Source: Octopus bimaculoides (lineage: Eukaryota). From it: a stretch of DNA of 64,000 bases. The notes beneath the pieces are model-generated. The model was not told the origin of the DNA. It saw nothing but the letters and a program-made list of their open reading frames with translations, and searched no databases. Below, piece by piece: positions 49,412 to 63,650 of this stretch. Within the stretch, counting starts at the first letter, position 1; each line of letters begins with the position of its first letter. The stretch spans positions 32,233,192 to 32,297,191 of the forward strand of contig NC_068998.1 in NCBI RefSeq assembly GCF_001194135.2, read 5' to 3'. The translations under genes were made by a program, and so were the position numbers.

Positions 49412-50047
49412 GATGTGAAAAGGTTGAATGTAGATTCGTCCTTTAATTTGGAGGTTTCCAAAACAAATTTCTGATGTCGATTCTTCATATTTTGCTGGTA
49501 GTTTACAGGCGTAAATTTGCGAATATGAAAAGAATACTTGTATATGATGTGTGGTGAATTTCTGGAAAGAAATTCCATAAAACTCAACAATTTAGTTAAA
49601 AATGGAGAAGACAAGTTGTTAAAATATATAAGAGAATTTTAATTCATGCGGATGATAATTTCATACAAAGATATGAAAATAATGCAAATTCATGATTGAA
49701 TTGAATTAAATTAAATTAATTAAATAAATTAATCAATTATATGTCAATGTACTCGTCAGTGCAGGAAATATGAACAAAATTTTTACAATGAACTTGAGAA
49801 AGGAACTAGCAAAAGAATAGAATCTAAGAGATTCTTATTTATCCTTACGAGAAAGAGATGTAAGTCAAGTTAAATATTAACTATTATATTTCTTACTTGA
49901 AAAACATGTAAAGGTTAGCAACAGGGACAGCATTTGACTGTAAACAGTGCCTGGATAATATATTTATCTAACCCTTGCAAGCATAGTATCAATGAGTATT
50001 AAATGAATAAGTGTGTTTGTATGCATTTATACATGTATGTATGTATG

Positions 50048-50156
50048 TCATTATTCAGTTTTATTTTTAAGCGTTCTTGCTAATAGAAAAAGACCCAGTT
50101 TCTAACCTAGATTCAAGGCTCCTTGGAATTTCAACATGAACAACAGGGTATTTTTG

Positions 50157-50190
<34 letters not shown>

Positions 50191-51184
50191 TGTATGTATG
50201 TGTATGTGTGTGCGGATTTATATGTTTTGTTTTATGTATGTATTCTCATGCAGATAGTTGCATATCTAGACATGTTCATATATATTTAAATGATAAAATT
50301 ATAGAAAGTTTTACGGATTTTTACAGTTCCAGTGATGGGTTGAATCTGTAGTCTTCGAATTAGCTTTCTCCTTTCTGGTTTTGAGAAGTCTAATTTCTCA
50401 AGATTGGTATTTAGGCAGTGTATTACATATCCCAGGGCCCCAATAATTACAGGTATAAACCTGAACTTGTAATCTGGATAGAGTAACTGCAGATTTCTCA
50501 ATACCTCTTTTTTCTCCTGATCTTCAGCTTTTTGTTAACATCAGCTGGGCAGCTAATTTCCACAACTGTACATAGTTTCTCTTTCCAATCCCAAATTATT
50601 ATATCAGGTCTGCTGTGCTTACATTTTATTAAGGTTTTCACTGGGACATTCCACCAGTACTCCTTTTTTATTATGAGTGCCTATGGCTTCTACCATACTG
50701 TGGGTTCCTATTTCTTTGTCCTCAGGTTTATCCTTCCAACGGATTTATTTATAGAGTGTCCTAGCTACAACATCATGTCTCATGGCTAGATAATACCATG
50801 ACGACATTTTCAGACAACTGCTTATGATGTGGGTGATATCTTCGGTGTTTACTCCACTAAATCTGCATTGGTTGTCACATTTTACTGCTTTTCCAACATC
50901 TCTCTCCCTTTTGTGCATCAAGTATTTGGTTGATATTTCCTGTTCCTGGATTGTCAGCACATACCCTTCAAAGTGAGAGGGATTGTCAGCACATACCCTT
51001 CAAAGTGAGAGGTATTGGTCCATGATAGACTGCTTTGATGATCAATGTTACTATCATCTCAGAGATTTCTATTAATATATCCATGCATAGTCTTCTGTTC
51101 ATATATGTTCATCCTTTCATCTAATGATATGTTGCATGACTTCTTTGGGCATGTATTTAAGGTTATCAGACAAGGAACACTGCT
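50048..51184 (-). mobile_element. 5'-truncated RLE retrotransposon (family D) flanked by (CATA)n
   Basis: CRFSGVNTEDITHIISSC..RHDVVA, RPDIIIWD..VEISCP and FIPVIIGALG. The 3' UTR ends aataaaactgaataatga before (CATA). A 32-bp internal tandem duplication lies at 50948-51011. Confidence 0.85.
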
Positions 51185-51235
51185 GTATGTATGTATGTAT
51201 GTATGTATGTATGTATGTATGAATGTATGAATGTA

Positions 51236-51270
<35 letters not shown>

Positions 51271-51289
51271 ACGTGCGTGCATGTGATAT

Positions 51290-51623
51290 ATGTGTCTGTG
51301 ACAAAGGACCAAGATACCTGGCACCTTGCTATATCCAAGAAGACCTGTTCTCCACACCAGAAGTGTTAATGTCACTCCTCTTGCTAAAGAGGATTGTCCT
51401 GTGCTGATGCCATGTAAAAAGTACCTGTGCTGGTACCATGTAAGAATGTCTGTGCTGGTGGCACCTCACACACCACTGTAAACTGGTTGGCGTTAGGAAG
51501 TGCATCCAGTCATAGAAATGAAGCCAAATTAGAATAGAAACTGGTGCTGCTCTCCAGCTTTTCAGCTCTGGTCAAACTGTACAACCCATACCAGCATGGA
51601 AGACAGACATTGAAAGAGGATGA

Positions 51624-51625
<2 letters not shown>
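51290..51625 (+). mobile_element. RTE-clade LINE 3' end, decayed
   Basis: ggttggcgttaggaagtgcatccag and ccataccagcatggaagacagacattgaaagaggatgat. Confidence 0.7.
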
Positions 51626-51659
<34 letters not shown>

Positions 51660-52141
51660 GGCCTTCACAGTTTCCATCAATCAAATTCAACTCATAGAAT
51701 TAGTAAAAGTCACAGTAGAATTGAACTGAGATGATGTGATTGCAAAGTGAGCTTCTTACCTATATTGTTAAGCATAATATGGCCTACATAACCTTTATGC
51801 ATAGCACAAAGATAAATGGATATTATTTGCCTTACAGTTTCAGTCAACTGACATTGACTCTACTGATCAGCAAATTGAAAAGAAAAGATTAATATGGTTT
51901 CTTATTTCTTAGAAGCAATTTCTGTGTATGTGTGTGTGTGTGTATGTACAAACAAATGACTAATTAAATGAAACTGTCGTTTGAATAATATAAGTAATCT
52001 TTTTTCTTTTAATCTTACATATAAACATATCAGTCTGTAGACACTGCTAATACAAGATTATACTGAGCTCTTTAAATTTTTTTTATTATCACAGAATAAA
52101 CAGTTACATACATACATACAAACATACATACATACACACAC

Positions 52142-52172
<31 letters not shown>

Positions 52173-52182
52173 TGTATGTATG

Positions 52183-52226
<44 letters not shown>

Positions 52227-53118
52227 CACACACACACATATGTGTGTGTGTGTGTACCTGTATACATATAGAGAGAATTAGGGAAAGATATCTTTTACAT
52301 ACAAACATTATTTACATATTTCACTGCTATTGTACACTTTTATAAAAGGTGTTGTGTAAATGTATAAAGTAATTATGCTATTTTTATAACAAAATATTGG
52401 TATAGAGGATTTTATTAATTCAACACATAAATATTTATATATCTTAAGCTGCCATAGAAAAACAATACAGACAGGATTCTTTTTTATTATTATTATTCAC
52501 ATTTATATTTCAAAATGTCATTTTTGTCTCTCTTTCACAAAATTTTAGTTTTTAGTTTTTCAAATGCTTTATATATTAAACTACCTTGATGGTTTTTATA
52601 GTTTCTTATATATATATATGTATATAAGGAAATGTTGGCATATTTTGCATCTTTATTTGTTTTCATCAAAATTGAATTTTTATTTAAATATATTTTCACA
52701 TAAAAAAATATAAAAGTTGGTATATTCTTTGATTCTTTGTTCAGTATTGAAATTCATTTTCTTTATATTATGGCAATAATAACAAAATGTCGAGTTATGG
52801 TTTAATATATTAAAGAATGTGTTTTATTCACGTCTCCAATACGTTTGGATAGAAATAAATGTTTTTACAAATGGTTTCCTTGTTACAGAATATATAAAGT
52901 TACTTTCATCGTACTAATCCTGAGCTTCAGGAATCTGGCCAGAAGAAAATATTCATAGATCATTTTCTTTACATATATAATTGTTTCTTATTAAAAAAAT
53001 ACACCCTCAACAAAAAGAAAAAATTCCATGTTGGTGAAGTTGATCTCTAGTTGATGATGGTGCTTTATGGTGTGAAGGCAGTCCATTGAAGACTAGCTAT
53101 TATCTGTTCAACAGACAT

Positions 53119-53350
53119 TTATCCTTTGAGCATTTGGATTATTCTGTAAAATTTAATGCTTCTTTATTCAAATTAATATATTAATCATGCAATGGAGCTT
53201 CAAGATTTTGATGAAGTGATTGTTCATTTTTAGAATAACTTTGTAGTGTAGGTGTGAGGATCTGGATCTGAGTGGTTTAAACATTAAATAGGTATTATTT
53301 AAATAGAATATTTTGGCCAGTTATGGCTGGTTTAAATGCTAAAGCGTTAA
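53119..53350. mobile_element. piggyBac-like MITE, third copy
   Basis: ttatcctttgagcatt ... aatgctaaagcgttaa, with an interior homologous to 19609-19833. Confidence 0.65.
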
Positions 53351-53814
53351 GCAATGACCTAATGACATTCCTATTTTTTTTATTGTCCTTAATTTTTAAA
53401 CAGTAAGGTATGATTTCAAGGAGACTTGGTTGATAATTTTAGATGGTTGTGTGACTATGTAGAAACCCATGTATCTTGTTATTGATAATATTTTTAGTGA
53501 TTATCCCCATCTCAACTGTGATTGAGTTGGTCTATTATCAAAGGCGTTCCAGTTATATTTTACTACCAAATGTGTCAATCTATTACTAAATTAATAAGTT
53601 ACAATTTGAGAGAAATTTGGCTGTTATTATTAGTGAGTTAAATAACTATGTGAGCAGCGGTGAATAATCTTTTCCTAGTGTCAGGAGCATATTACGAATG
53701 TCTAAAAATTTGTATGAATGTATCAGTTTTGAGAAAAATTACGAAATTCTATTTTGCAGATTCATAAAGATGTAATTCCTATTAAATTACTGTTTATGTC
53801 TGAAAGGTTATTCT

Positions 53815-54014
53815 TTTATTTGTCTCAGTCATTTGACTACGACCATGTTGGAGCATCGTATTCAGTTGAACAAATCGACCCTCGGACTTATGCTTTGTAA
53901 GCCTAGTACTAATTCTATCGGTCTCTTTTGATGACCTGCTAAGTTACTGGGACATAAACACACCAACATCAGTTGTCAAGTGAAGGTGGTGAGGACAAAC
54001 ACAGACACACACAT

Positions 54015-54059
<45 letters not shown>

Positions 54060-54222
54060 CAACAGGCTTCTTTCAATTTCCATGTACCAAATCCACTCAG
54101 AAGGCTTTGGTTGGCCTGAAGCTATAGTAGAAGACACTTGTTCAAGGTGCCATGCAGTGGGACTGAACACAGACCCATGTGGTTGGTAAGCAAGCTACTT
54201 ACCACACAGTCACTCCTATGCC
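53815..54222 (-). mobile_element. Full-length tRNA/CORE-like SINE
   Basis: Reverse complement of 19058-19541, including the internal CA/TA microsatellite. Confidence 0.85.
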
Positions 54223-55023
54223 TATTAGACAATGTTTGCTTCATACAATTGTTCAAAGGAAAATGTCAGCAAAATTTTACTTGCAAGGAAGGGTTTCTTC
54301 ACTCTTGGCTTTGAGACTCTCCATCACTGATTCAGTGTTGTTGATGTAGTTGTTGTTGTTGTTGTTACCAAGGCTCATGTAAAACCTAATCATGCAAACC
54401 TGTACTCAAGAGTTTTCCATCGAAAATATTTCTGCCTAGTCTGCCTAGGAGTGGGTTAGGGATAGTTGGCTACTATTTTTAGTAGAATGAATGACCTGAA
54501 AAAGGTCCCCTTGTTGGCTTGCTATCGTTGATACTGTAACTAGTGTCTCTCTGTTTAATGTTCTGTTGTAGCTTGTTAGCATTATCTCTGCTGAATACAG
54601 TACTGTATATGTGTTTTCGTGTAGTAAGTTTATGGTGAAACTCCTAGAAATAATATTCACTGGACCTAGTAATGCTAAGTTCTATACAGTGTGTAGATCT
54701 ATAACACCTAGGACCTTAATTATATTTTCTCTGTCTTTGTTTAATTACTTTTATTGAACTCTTTGAATACCAACTCATCTGAAAGTATCACTGGACCCAT
54801 GCTACCAACCGTTCTGACACTTCCCATGCTTGTACTCAATATATATATATATATATATATCAACGAAAATTATTTTAATACAAATGTATTAATTTCCAGC
54901 AAAATAAAGTCCTATAAGGGTATATATATATAAATTCAGCAGTGAAGCTATACAATAGCGTCGTAATTGTATCGATTGCTATTTTCCAGTAAATATTGGT
55001 GCCTTGTTGTACCATTCTTCTGA

Positions 55024-55076
<53 letters not shown>

Positions 55077-57004
55077 CTTGTATTTTTGTATTGAAAATAT
55101 GTTACAGTTATTTAACTAAACCTTTCCTAATCCTTGATTATTTGCAAAATTAAATGAAAAATATATGTTGTATGTTTATATGTCTGTGAAGTCTAGTTAT
55201 CGTTTACTTGGCAAATGGGAAAATGTATCTGGATATACTATTCTCCATTGTACTGTATTGTGTCAGAGTGGAGTAATGTGGGTAATTAGTGACCCAAAAC
55301 ATGAACCTTGCAATAACTGAGAGATGTGGGACCAATAATGAAAAGAAGTCATTATTGAAGAAGTTGCATCATCAACTAACTCAAGATGTTAGCAGAGGAT
55401 ATTACTTAAGAGGGTGTAAAATCATAATCAAAGCTGTGATTACTTTTACTTTCTAAAAAAACTAATTAACTAAAAGAACTTGTGACATTTACATCAGACA
55501 CACTGACATCATATAGTCTTTGACACTTGCAAATACACAGACCAAAGCCATTTACAGCTGGCCTTACAAATACCATGCAAGATAACACAGCAACCCTTGT
55601 TGTCAAGCGTATTAGAATGTAAAATTACAATCAACGAAGACAAGGTGCAGGATTGTCTGTGTGACAAATGTGAAGTAGATGATTAGGAGAAAAAATATCA
55701 AATATTTAGAAACAGTGCTGTGCTATTCATCTATTCTCTTTAGAATATTTTGATTTTTTAAAATAAATATGCCAAAGCATTCTAATAAGTTCTACTGAAT
55801 TAAAGAATGTTGAGAAGCAAGTATTTGATGGTTATATCAAGTATACTAATAACAATAGAATTTCAGCCATCAGCTTTTACCAATATCTGACAACAGACAT
55901 CAGGAAATCTTTGCTTGTGGTAAGCTTAGATCTTGTACAGCAATGCCTACTACTGTTATAAGAATTTATAAGAACATATCGTTTGTGAAGAAAAAAAGCT
56001 TGATTATATATTGTGTATTATATGATAGATGTCTTTGTAACACAATACAGGCATCACTGTGTTCTTATCATCCATTGCCTATAATCACTAGGATAGAATA
56101 TGATGCCTTTTACCCTCAGGGAATATGATATCTATCTATTGATCTCTGTTCACCTATTCTCTGTTTACAAAGAAAAGCATGCATGTTAGAAATAAGTATT
56201 GTGAAACACACATACACATGCACATATACTTTCGTAGATGACTGGCTATTAGAGTGACTCAATGAAATGTTGTATTCCAGTATTTGTAAATGTACAAATG
56301 GATTAAATGAGGAAATAATGGCAGACTTGTAGTTAAATTAGGAAGCAATGACAGTTTTTTGATAAAAGTTTAGTCAAAGTAAATCATTTCTTTAAGAGAT
56401 ATTTTAAGTGAGAAAAAAAAAATTTTAAACTTATATACTGACTTTGTCATTTCAGTATAAGTAGGTTTAGTGTTTGCAATTTTAGATATTTAACACAAAG
56501 TATTTTTATAATTCATTGTCCTTTTTACTGAAAATAAGCTAATTTATTAGACTGTTGCATGCACAGTAATTTACTTTGACTAAAGCCACCACAATATGTT
56601 GACTGCCACAAACATTTTGCATATTGTTATTATACTATATGTCACGTGGTTGTTACTTTAAATGAGTTAACTTGCTTTTGTACTGTATTAATATTGAAAT
56701 AACATAGGTCATATGTTTATTAAATAAATTACGTTGATGGAAGCTTGTTTTTGCCTAAATTAAATTTGGATAATATCAATATAATTATAAGATTTCAAGA
56801 TAATATTACTATAATATATAACATTTTTCATTTACAACAATTTGAGAAACTAATATTTGTGATGTTCATGTTTGAATATACAATATACATACTCAAGTAT
56901 TTTTATAGGGAATGATATAAAATATTTGACTCAACAGACATTTCTAAAAATACTTAGATAACAGGTGCAACTATATGATTTTGAGTGGATTGACATTATG
57001 TGAA

Positions 57005-57263
57005 CAGAGTCGGTGCTAGGAAGTGCAGGCCCCAATTACAGAAATGTCAGTGGAGGCCTGTACTCTACAAAAGCTGAAGTTTGATGTTTTATGCTTTGTG
57101 TAATATGCCAGTCCCAATGAGGGCTTGAAGCTTTACCATTAGACACAATAATATACTAAAAATTGAAAGTTCACACAAAAGTTTTAATGTTTTGTTACAA
57201 GTTGAGCATATGAGTAGGGCCCAGTTTGGACAAATCTGTCTAATTGGTTTAAAACTGGCTCTG
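57005..57263. mobile_element. Possible hAT-type MITE
   Basis: Termini cagagtcggt and actggctctg, with internal ggccc/gggccc motifs. No matching 8-bp TSD is visible. Confidence 0.4.
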
Positions 57264-58045
57264 CTTTTGAGTGGAATTTGGAAGATGAAAACTGTGCAAA
57301 ATCCAAGACCTCAAGCCTCTTCCTTCTACTTTTCTTTTAAGATAAAGTCTGTCAATTCACTATTCCTGTGGAAGTTTGTTGTTGATATCAGGAATTTGTA
57401 GGTTTTAATGTCTATAGAACAGATTTTCTCCACAGGTTAATCAAGTTCCTCAAATAATATTAGTATCAATACTGGTACTGCAAATGTATTGTGAGATATT
57501 GTGTTGTTAGATGAAAACTCAGGCTGCTAAATTTATTTTAGTTTGATATAACATTCATTGGTTACTCTAATTTTGTTCATGTCTCAGTGTTTGTTGCATA
57601 GAATAGGGGAGATAAAAGGACCGTTGATGCAGAGATTTCCGGTTTAGGGGACAGTTTTTATATGTTCATATTGTTAAATATGAACACTTCTTTTGGCCAA
57701 ATTCCATCCCTGTCTCAGCAGAAAATGTTGTGACTAAATGCAGTTGCTTATGTTGGGTTTTTTTATTGCTGTATGCTCTTCAACTATCTTCCAGCTTTTC
57801 CTTCAAAGTAAGGGCAGCAATAAATAGGTAGCTGCTGATGTTCCAACACATTATCACATTTCTCTATATAGTTCCCTAGTGATATTGTCAGTAACTTTGA
57901 TTACGAGAGTAGTTGTGTTTTCTTTTCCCTATTCTCAATGAAAACAAAATAAAGGACTGTTACTTAGCAATAGCTCAAAGGAGTCGGGAAATTTTTTTCA
58001 AACTGTGGTTTTAAAATCTTTTTAAGTTGTATATATATATATTTC

Positions 58046-58280
58046 AGTCATCTCTGTCAAAGTGGTATACAGGGATACTCATCTGACAGACAGGTGTAGT
58101 TAATGCGAATGTAAACAAACTAATACAAGATGGAGCTGGTCTCTTTAAAATCCTATTGATCTCTATGGCAGATATAGTTTGATTTAGAATATCACCAGAA
58201 AGATGACTAGCACCACAAGAAGTGGAAGAATGGTTGCTATGTGAAGAATGGTTGCTTGAAAAACAGTTGTTTTCAAGCAT
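58046..58280 (-). mobile_element. Decayed RLE LINE fragment (post-RT region)
   Basis: A frameshifted KLYLP..G.K..ISL motif resembles DRLY.PR..GGRGL. Confidence 0.4.
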
Positions 58281-58554
58281 AGAAAGTGTGTGTGTATGCA
58301 TGCATGTATTTATATGCATGCATGCTTGTCTGTTGCTTGTTGATTGAAGCCAATCACTAGCAAAGTGCCTGGCTTTTTGTTTAAACCAAGATAGCTCTGA
58401 GGTCTTGTGGTTATCTGAATCAGTTACTGCATGTATGTGTGTGTGTGTGAATAACTTTCCACTCATATATTGTGAATGTGTATACTTCATTACTGTTTGT
58501 GTGTAAGTGTGTATTGCAAATGTGATTGTGTACATATTTCAGCCCAGGTACATC

Positions 58555-60010
58555 AAACAGGGAATCATTAGAATGCTTTAAATATTCTCACTGTCAATTG
58601 TACTTGGGGAATGTGAATCAGTTTGCTCCATTCTTTTTTTGAAGAATCCCATATTTTCTAGCTTTTTTGCTGATTTATTGTTATATAGTTCTGTGCACCT
58701 ATTATAATTGATAAAATGGAAAAATCTATACCCTGCATATAAAAGCTGTAGTTTTCTCATTAGTTCTCCAAAGATATTCTCTTTTCTCCAGTTGTTGATG
58801 AGATATGCCCATCTTGAAGAAATATGATCTCTACAACAGTACATGACTGTTGCTCCTTGTCCCATACAACAATATTTGCCTTAATGTGCTTATTTCAAGT
58901 TGCTGTTTTTAATGGATGCTCCACCAGTGTTCTTTATTTTTAAAGTTGTGGATGCATTCTTGCTCCAGTATGCCTTTGGCATGGCTGTGAGGACAATTCT
59001 TCTGGTGTATAGCATTATTCTTTTATTATTTTACTTGTTTCAGCCATTTGAATGTGGCTATACTGGAGCACCACCTTAAAGGGTTTTAATTGAATGAATT
59101 GACCCCAGGACCTATCTTTTTAAGCCTTTTGCTGAATCACTAAGATATAGGGATGCAAACACACCAGCATAGGTTGTCAACTGGTGAGGGGGATAAAAAG
59201 ACAGACGCAGACACATACACATAGACATATCTACATATACGACAAGCTTCTTTCTGTTTCCCTCTACCAAATCCATTCACAAGGCTTTGGTCAGCCTGAA
59301 GCCATACTAGAAGACACTTGGCCAAGGTGCCATGCAGTGGGATTGAACCTGGAACAATGTGGTTGGGAAGCAAGCTTCTTACCAAACAACCATGCCTTTG
59401 TAGATAACTTTAGTAACAATATCATGTCTCAATGGGAAGACAGTACCTTATGGATATTTTTTGGATAGTTGCTGATATGAGATGCATCTTCCATTCTAGT
59501 ACAGCACAACTGATAGTTTCTATTCCAACATGCAGGTTTAAAGGCATTGCTTATGTCTTTTGCTGATCAAGTATTTAGTAAATATTTCTTGTTTATGGAT
59601 GGCCTTCTTCTAAGTGAGAAGTGATTTATTTATCCCAGCTCCAGGAGATGCTTCTTTCCTTTGTCAACGTTGTGAGCATTCTCTAGCTTGTATGATGTAC
59701 TCGTGCAGAACTTTCTGCTAGTATTGTTAGTATTTCCCTTTCAAGTCACTGTGTTTAAGTAGATCAGTCAAGCTACCCTTGGTTTGCATGGAACAGCAAT
59801 ACATTCAGATTACTTGTTCAAGAGTTTTTCCCCTAATCTCATGTACTTATTACTCTCTTTACTGTTCAGTAGATATTGTCTGACATTCAAGAAAAATATC
59901 CCAAAAAACTAATAACTCTGTTTCCATCACTTCTTTGAATACCAATCCTGTCATTGTCACTACTGATGTGAAAATTACTAGTCATTCTAAGTATCTTTCT
60001 AGTTCTGATG
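58555..60010 (-). mobile_element. Older copy of RLE family D, interrupted by a SINE
   Basis: NFHISSDNDR (59.9 kb), EDASHI..LRHDIVTKVIY (59.4 kb), ANIVVWDKEQQSCTVVEI and GELMRKLQLLYAGYRF, matching ORF 50286-50501. Confidence 0.75.
59019..59397 (-). mobile_element. tRNA/CORE-like SINE nested in the RLE element
   Basis: Reverse complement of 19058-19541. The host RLE reading frame resumes on both sides. Confidence 0.83.
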
Positions 60011-61728
60011 TCTGTCTGTAAGTATGCATGTGTGTGTGCATACATATATGTGCAGCCCTCACGATGGGAAACATACACCAATATAGCAACTAAACCTACA
60101 CAATACCACACTTCAATGGAAGATGCAGTCAGACAGGAGCCTGTAGAACTGTGACCTCTCCTGCCTATATTATTCCTTGTTTGTGTCTGCATGATTGAGG
60201 ATACTATGGAAGTACCAGTATTTGATTGTTGTAGACATGCAAGATGCTCTACTTGCCACATAATATACTTTGAAAAATAGATATTGATTAAAATAAGTAT
60301 GGATTCAATACAAACAACTTAAATTTCTGAAGAATAAAATAATAAATGAATATCTTTATGTCTAAAACCATAGGAAGAAAAGTGTTATCTAAAGAGTGTA
60401 AATTATTAACTAGTAAGGGTGATATAAGTGAATAAATTGGAATGTCAATTCATAGTATGTAAGTTTGAATCTACAGTAGCAATTTGTCATGTTTCTGGGG
60501 AGTTCTACTTTATTTCATATATGTGTACAGAGTAACATTAAAAGTCTTTTAGAAAGTTACTGGTGACTGACTAGTATACACTTTCAGAGAATTTTTTTTC
60601 TCAGATTAACTTCATAAAAGTTAAACACTGGCTATCTGGATTCATATAATTCCTGAGAGTATTAATTCTAATAAGTACTACTACAGAATTATTTGATAAA
60701 CTGGTTGTTTGATAAGCTGAGAGAGTGTGTGTTGGTCATATTGCTAAATAGATAAGACATCTGTTGTAAGATGATTACAGTGTCACCATTCAGGGAAAAT
60801 GATGGATAATTCACTATATATGCCTTCCATGCTCTTTGAAGATATACACTTGGTTCATATTAATTAATTACATTGGGACCCATGTTCAAATTCTACTGAT
60901 TTTAAACATATTACACTAATGTCAACAAATTGATGTATGTAAAACTTACAAAGCTAGCTGTACTAAAACCTGTAGTAGGATGTTAATGTTGTTGTCAGTC
61001 AATATTAATGATGATAGCATCACCGCCTCATTCTATTATGAAAGATAAATTAATGTTGATTAATGATTATAGCTTTAAAGATTCTATACACAACCACAAA
61101 TGGAGCAAGAATTTGACATCAAAGAATTCAGATAATTTAAATTATATCAAGATATAGCATGTCTTCAAATTGTCTTGGGAGATTTCTTCGTGGTAGACTG
61201 ATGTAGTTATAAATACACTGCTCATGTTTACATCTTTAGAAATTAGACAAAACAAATTTTATTTGGTGAATCAAGTTTATGTAGCTTTAAACCATTGGAA
61301 TGGAATTCAAAGAACTGTTACTTCTAGTAGATAAATAATGTCTTTAAAGAGAACTTTTTTCAGCCATATCAGCCAATATATTTCAGCATCTTTGATGAAC
61401 ATGTTTAATGTTTATATCATTTGTAAAAGATGTTGTGTTATTCTTTTCAGAATGCACTTATGTCAAGATGATGATTGAATTTGATTTCTTTCTGGTTTCC
61501 AACATATTTCCTCTCTGACAATGCTGTTAGAAATATATTAATTTATAATGTTATTGCCTCTACTTTATTACAAATATTTCTTAGCTGGGTGATACACTCA
61601 AAGCATTATCTCAACAATTCTCATAAATCCAATTAATCTTATCAAAATGTGAAGTTTTTAATGTTTAAACAGATGCTTAGTATTGTGCATTATACCTTAT
61701 AAGTATTTGTATGCCAACTTGCATGTAA

Positions 61729-61759
<31 letters not shown>

Positions 61760-63239
61760 TGTGAATGTATTTACATAAACACATGTGTATGCATATGTGA
61801 AAATGTTTGATGGTCAAGTTGATAGGGACTGGATATCCAGTTCATTTGTTGTTCCTTCACGATGTATTGTGCATGTGGGAAAAACAACTTTCTGTGTACA
61901 AATCCTGAGCCTGAGTAGTAACTTTGAGGGTATATTATGTATAGCTGTTAGCAGGAGCAACATTAAAGAATAGTCAGTTATTTATTCACTTGTAAGTCTG
62001 TGTTCATTTTTTTCCCCTGGGAAATACTACTTTTCTATCCATGAAGGTAAAGTCCAAAATTTGAGGAAACGCATGAAATCTGTATCAGTAACAATTTATT
62101 TAAAGGAGAGTTTATGGAATGGTGAAAAGTTCAGTTGTCATTAGAAGACATGAGTGTGATATTTGGGCCTTTCAGTGAAGGAAAGGAAAAAGATGGAGTC
62201 TTAGACCTGACTATCAGCAAAGGATGCAGAGAAAAGATGCCAATTAAGTTTGAGAACTTATGTTGTGTAAATGTGTTATATTATGTATATGTGTCATAAA
62301 TAAATCCTTTTATAAAATATTTTAAAATATTTTTACTTTATTAAATAATTTGTGCTATGCAATTCAGGAAACTGTGATAGTTAAGAATTAAATTATCAAT
62401 AGCACTTATGCATCACTGAACATTGGGTTCTTGGATATTATTGTAAGATATTCCTGGAAACAAAATCCATTAATTTCCCAACTTTCCATGACAAAACAAA
62501 TTAGTTCTTATTTTTGCCAAGAAAGAAACATTGCAAGTATTGAAAAATTTTATCTCATGAAGTACTTTAGTTGACCACTTAAATTATCAAAGAATATATT
62601 GAAATATATCTGTATTGTTGACTTTAAGCAACAAACCATAACTGCTGCTTTAGCATGTTTAAATATCTGATACATCAAAGTCATGGAACCAGAGAAATGA
62701 AATGTGAACAAAAGGAAATTTTGTGATAAAATATTAATATAGACATTGAAACTCAACTATGTTTGGGTTTCTTGTAAACATCACTTAAAAGAATTATATT
62801 TACCAAGTGGAATATTGTTTAACCCAGACATAATGGTTGTCTAGGTTAAAGATGTCCCTGGATAATTTCACTCATTCATTCTTTTAACTTTCAGCATAAA
62901 ACTAAAAATATTCTATGCCAAAAACCTCAGTATAGTAATGATTGAGCAGAGGATGCCTAAACATATATTGTCACAACTTGTGGTCAGATGTTTATGAAAA
63001 CTGGCAGAATTTCAGAAAAGTGTTTTCCCTTTAATGCCAGTAGTCAGTTATGTTAAAACTAATGCAATAATATGTGGTTGTTAATTAATTACATAATAAC
63101 TAAAAAAACAGTTACAATGAAATAATGATGAAGAGCAAGATGTCAGTAACAAATTAAGGCAATTTGTAATAGATTGAAACAACACAACAAAAAAAAAAAA
63201 TGTTTTCTCTAAACTTTTTTGCATCCTACTCATTCTAAA

Positions 63240-63650
63240 CTTCACAGGTAAGCTGAGTTACACTTCTGGCTTTGTTGTTGTTAATTGGAGTATAAATTTC
63301 ATCAACACATATTGGAACAAATATACCTCCCTTTTTTTCTGTTCAGAAATTAGTTTGTTGAGCAACTATACCAATCGAAACTGAATGAAAAATATTGAAA
63401 AAGTACTCAACAGGCTTAACATCAGGTCCTAAAGTTGTTTTTGAGCCAACAATTCTTGTAAACTATTCTTCTATGTGAATGGAAGAAGTGGATATATTGT
63501 TCAGATTATGATCTCCAAAGCCAGCAGCCTTATGTTCCAACAATTCATTAATTAAACCATTGAATACATTATCACGTAAAGAATGATTAGTTGTAATTTT
63601 CCAAAGAAAAGTTTCAAGAAAATACTCCATAAAAAAAAAATCATAAAAAT
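63240..63650 (-). mobile_element. Possible piggyBac transposase N-terminal relic
   Basis: LGPDVKPVEYFFNIF..IVAQQTNF resembles GP..P..YF.LF..IV.QTN. The match is weak. Confidence 0.3.

Noticed and set aside
49230-49430. (TA)n-gtagatgtgaaaaggttgaatg duplicated across a gap
   Set aside because: Same scaffolding artefact.
55868-55926. Possible small exon (tttcag..GTG|gtaagc), plus isolated splice-like sites near 30671, 26668 and 52889
   Set aside because: No recognisable protein and no consistent partner exons. The 55.5-56.2 kb region shows faint RT-like motifs and may be a LINE relic.
58044-58865. ORFs 58044-58535 and 58578-58865 as host genes
   Set aside because: 58578-58865 matches the RLE family D C-terminus, and 58044-58535 combines microsatellite translation with probable LINE decay.
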